A stretch of 20,039 bases of DNA from Candidatus Zixiibacteriota bacterium. Its GTDB lineage: Bacteria; Zixibacteria; MSB-5A5; UBA10806; 4484-95. The notes below the pieces were generated by a model, which saw nothing but the letters and a program-made list of their open reading frames with translations, was not told the DNA's origin and searched no databases. Location: assembly GCA_029932605.1 (NCBI GenBank), contig JAOZPT010000037.1:1-20039 (forward strand). Reading direction: 5' to 3'. The position numbers and the translations under genes are program-made. Each line of letters opens with the position of its first letter. The first letter of the stretch is position 1. Below are positions 18,401-20,039 of the stretch, one piece after another.

Positions 18401-20039
18401 TCTGATAACCAGGTTCTGGGTAATGACCTCAACTCCGGAAATGGCGGTGATTATAATGCCAACCTAAATACTACATACTGGGTGACCTCACCTGTGATAG
18501 ACTGCTCCAATTATACCGAGGTAACCCTGACTTATTACCGTTGGCTCGGAGTAGAGCGAAATCTGTATGACCACGCATATCTCCAGGTTTATAATGGCAG
18601 TTCCTGGACCACATTATTCGAAAACGGTTCTACCACAATCGATGAATCATCATGGAATGAACAGATTTATGACGTTTCAGCAATGGCTGACAGTAATTCC
18701 AATTTCCAAATTAGATTCGGAATCGGGACCACTGACGGTTCTTGGCAGTATTGTGGATGGAATATAGATGATCTATCACTTGATGGTTATTACCACTCCA
18801 CAGTTGAAAACCCTGTGATTTCATATTCACCCACTTCAATAACCGATAGCCTATCACCGGGACATCAGGGGATCAATTACCTAACTGTTTACAACACCGG
18901 AACAGCCACACTGGAAGTAACACTTACAACAGTTCAATCCTGGATATATTTCAACGGTGGGCCATATTATATAAGCCCGCAGGATAGTGCAGTTATAGAT
19001 ATAACGTTAGATACCGATGGTCTGGCTCCCGGTAACCACAGCGGTTCCATCGATTTTAGCTGTAATGATCCGGTAACTCCAGATGGAAGTATACCGGTCA
19101 ATCTTTATATTTATAATCCTGATATAACCGCCGATCCAACAACCATAACCGATACCCTCATAGTGGATCAAGCAGTTACAACATACATTATATTGCAAAA
19201 TGTTGGTGAAGGAGCACTCGATTACACCGTCAATTTTCAGACTTTTAATTTGATTGGGTTTAGTACGCTCTCATCTAAAAAAACCAAAACCGATCTGGTA
19301 TCTCTCCAGACAATAAATAAAAACGAAACCCAAAATGACGAGCTTGTTAAAACCGTTACTAATGACTTAGCGCTGGAACATACCGATGATTGGTTGAATG
19401 TCACACCTTTAAGCGGTTCAATGAATGCCGGTGAAATAGATTCCCTTACTGTTACGCTTGATGCCACAGGTCAAACAGCTGGCACATATACCGGCCAGAT
19501 CTCTATTTCCTCCAATGACTATGATACACCAAACATCGATATTCCCGTAACAATGGTAGTAGAGGAACCCCCAGAACCTGATATCTCGTTCTCACCAGAA
19601 TCCATTACCGACAGTATATCCCAGTACACACAGGCTATTCACGATATAACTATCTACAACACCGGTGATACAACATTATCAGTATCGTTTAGCACCGAGC
19701 AATCATGGATACAATTCGACGGCGGGCCTTACTACATTGACCCTGAGGACAGCGCTGCTTTACAGGTAACCCTCGACGCAACAAGCTTACCGCCGGCAGA
19801 CTATAACGGCTTTATCGATTTCACCTCAAACGACCCGGATACACCCTCTGGCAACATACCGGTCAACCTGCACGTGTTTGCACCCGATATCTCTTTCTTG
19901 CCAACTGCAATCTCCGATAGCCTGCATCAGGATAGCACCTCAATCCATGACATTATGGTTTATAACTCGGGGTTAGGAATACTCTCAGTATCGTTTAGCA
20001 CCGAGCAATCATGGATACAATTCGACGGCGGGCCTTACT
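15440..20039 (+). CDS. Large secreted C25 (gingipain-family) cysteine peptidase, >1533 aa, 3'-incomplete and absent from the ORF track
   Basis: Manually translated open frame from ATG 15440 (GAGGGA upstream) to the window end. It contains a signal peptide, a C25 propeptide (GAPGNPFVP...FPLRYYPASG) and a catalytic domain (KYLIIT, FVLVGGD, IPTDLFY, ATHG with His at 16808, TIAC with Cys at 16916, CLSEAF, IGDP). These are followed by an Ig-like C25_C domain and further beta-sandwich domains. Confidence 0.93.
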   Translation, partial: MKRLIHAGICMMFFLASAKGSWGFSYEFEFDQKSLEITGDQYGDLLKLDGCNMKGAPGNPFVPVKTGHIATPFGTRVTDIRVIDEKWSLLPGNYNIRPAPTPVPVSYDGPLPEVIRNESVYSSDNPYPSDAFVFTGEGSLRGYSLGGFEIFPLRYYPASGRVEILERLVVQVEFNASYSPFNPTIEFGTVVSGLVENPSVIQDQPIILSPIDPNDVKYLIITSSSLASSFQPLAEWYTQSGWPAEIVTLTYIQSNYSGATDQLKIKACIQDYAVNKGTIFVLVGGDDTIIPDQNCWGDVNNGGTTDNTIPTDLFYACLDNTFNWNSDGDNRVGEYNDGIDLYPEVFISRAPVRTATHTTNFVNKTLNYIKNQPASDFVDPMLLSGVELWQTWGGRSDADWRCERLWNDYVSPYWPGHSRVRFYDTNTDFGGPGHDVTYQNLINKFNDGYKFFFMATHGNQTIWGMETGSYFSSSHASALTNSNEEGTIYTIACITNAFDLEGGYTSDPCLSEAFIRNGNGGAVVYQGCSRYGWGWNQQSDEHGPSFQYADEFYYYLFTGNSTGVPSGYPYRMGAVAASHKAAKVPECYSEGASSVMRWLNYGLNSIGDPGMDLFTEDPLTLNPSYNETAPVGQSNFNVTGLPSEARVCLWKDSEVYAVGTESSGSVTLSINPTSTGVMYITITAHNYWPHIDSVDIISSGPYVIYDSHTINDSSGNNNGLVNNGESIILGIQLKNTGTEDAYNVTATLSTSDSYINITDNTEPYGTISGNGGTAYHDDAFAFDVGGNIPDGHSIHFELTVTGTALDTWNSDFFISAHAPVVEYLSVTVNDYMGNNNGILDPGETADLIVTLENTGSAQASSVTGTLSESDPYINISDNHGSFGDIAPDGGNGDNSGDVFVVSADDSCPMEYEMTFNLAVSASGDYSTNLNFDLTIGDKMVFFSDDFSYNQGWTGLGGSGEWTIGPATGGSGSDSYGGPDPSVDHSPSSDNQVLGNDLNSGNGGDYNANLNTTYWVTSPVIDCSNYTEVTLTYYRWLGVERNLYDHAYLQVYNGSSWTTLFENGSTTIDESSWNEQIYDVSAMADSNSNFQIRFGIGTTDGSWQYCGWNIDDLSLDGYYHSTVENPVISYSPTSITDSLSPGHQGINYLTVYNTGTATLEVTLTTVQSWIYFNGGPYYISPQDSAVIDITLDTDGLAPGNHSGSIDFSCNDPVTPDGSIPVNLYIYNPDITADPTTITDTLIVDQAVTTYIILQNVGEGALDYTVNFQTFNLIGFSTLSSKKTKTDLVSLQTINKNETQNDELVKTVTNDLALEHTDDWLNVTPLSGSMNAGEIDSLTVTLDATGQTAGTYTGQISISSNDYDTPNIDIPVTMVVEEPPEPDISFSPESITDSISQYTQAIHDITIYNTGDTTLSVSFSTEQSWIQFDGGPYYIDPEDSAALQVTLDATSLPPADYNGFIDFTSNDPDTPSGNIPVNLHVFAPDISFLPTAISDSLHQDSTSIHDIMVYNSGLGILSVSFSTEQSWIQFDGGPY
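17540..18247 (+). repeat. Two intragenic Ig-like modules of about 118 aa (NDxxGNNNGxxxxGE type)
   Basis: PYVIYDSHTINDSSGNNNGLVNNGE (17540) and PVVEYLSVTVNDYMGNNNGILDPGE (17894); period 354 nt. Confidence 0.75.
18812..20039 (+). repeat. Four intragenic Ig/BACON-like repeats of about 102 aa (last one incomplete), including an exact 55-bp direct repeat
   Basis: Units start at 18812, 19118, 19577 and 19883 (consensus PxIxxxPxxIxD(S/T)...NxG...W...ND). 19679-19733 is identical to 19985-20039. Confidence 0.85.

Noticed and set aside
15690..19467. Short ORFs listed in this interval
   Set aside because: All are alternative-frame or antisense shadows of the continuous C25 reading frame.
19679..20039. 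55-bp direct repeat as a CRISPR array or a DGR template/variable repeat pair
   Set aside because: There are only two copies, in frame at a 306-nt protein-domain period and fully identical (no adenine-specific differences). No cas or reverse transcriptase gene is present in the window.

Overview
Low-GC bacterial chromosomal window. The C-terminal dockerin-like domain style and the multidomain C25 protease suggest an FCB-group lineage such as candidate Zixibacteria (inference). The left part is mostly housekeeping on the minus strand: a frameshifted TPR gene, an EF-G paralogue, hinT-prmA-dnaJ, a YfaP/DUF2135-like lipoprotein, a GNAT acetyltransferase and purF. These are followed by a HisKA-only signalling protein, proline dehydrogenase and a DRG/OBG-TGS GTPase. 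The right part encodes two exported enzymes. One is a signal-peptide class II glutamine-amidotransferase-like (Ntn) protein with a dockerin-like tail. The other is a >1533-aa gingipain-family (C25) protease (15440 to window end) that is missing from the ORF track and carries Ig-like repeats. Two decayed IS5-family right ends in inverted orientation (3019-3210 and about 11865-12171) are also not shown by the ORF track. No rRNA, tRNA or CRISPR array was seen. All assignments come from motif reading only; no searches were run.
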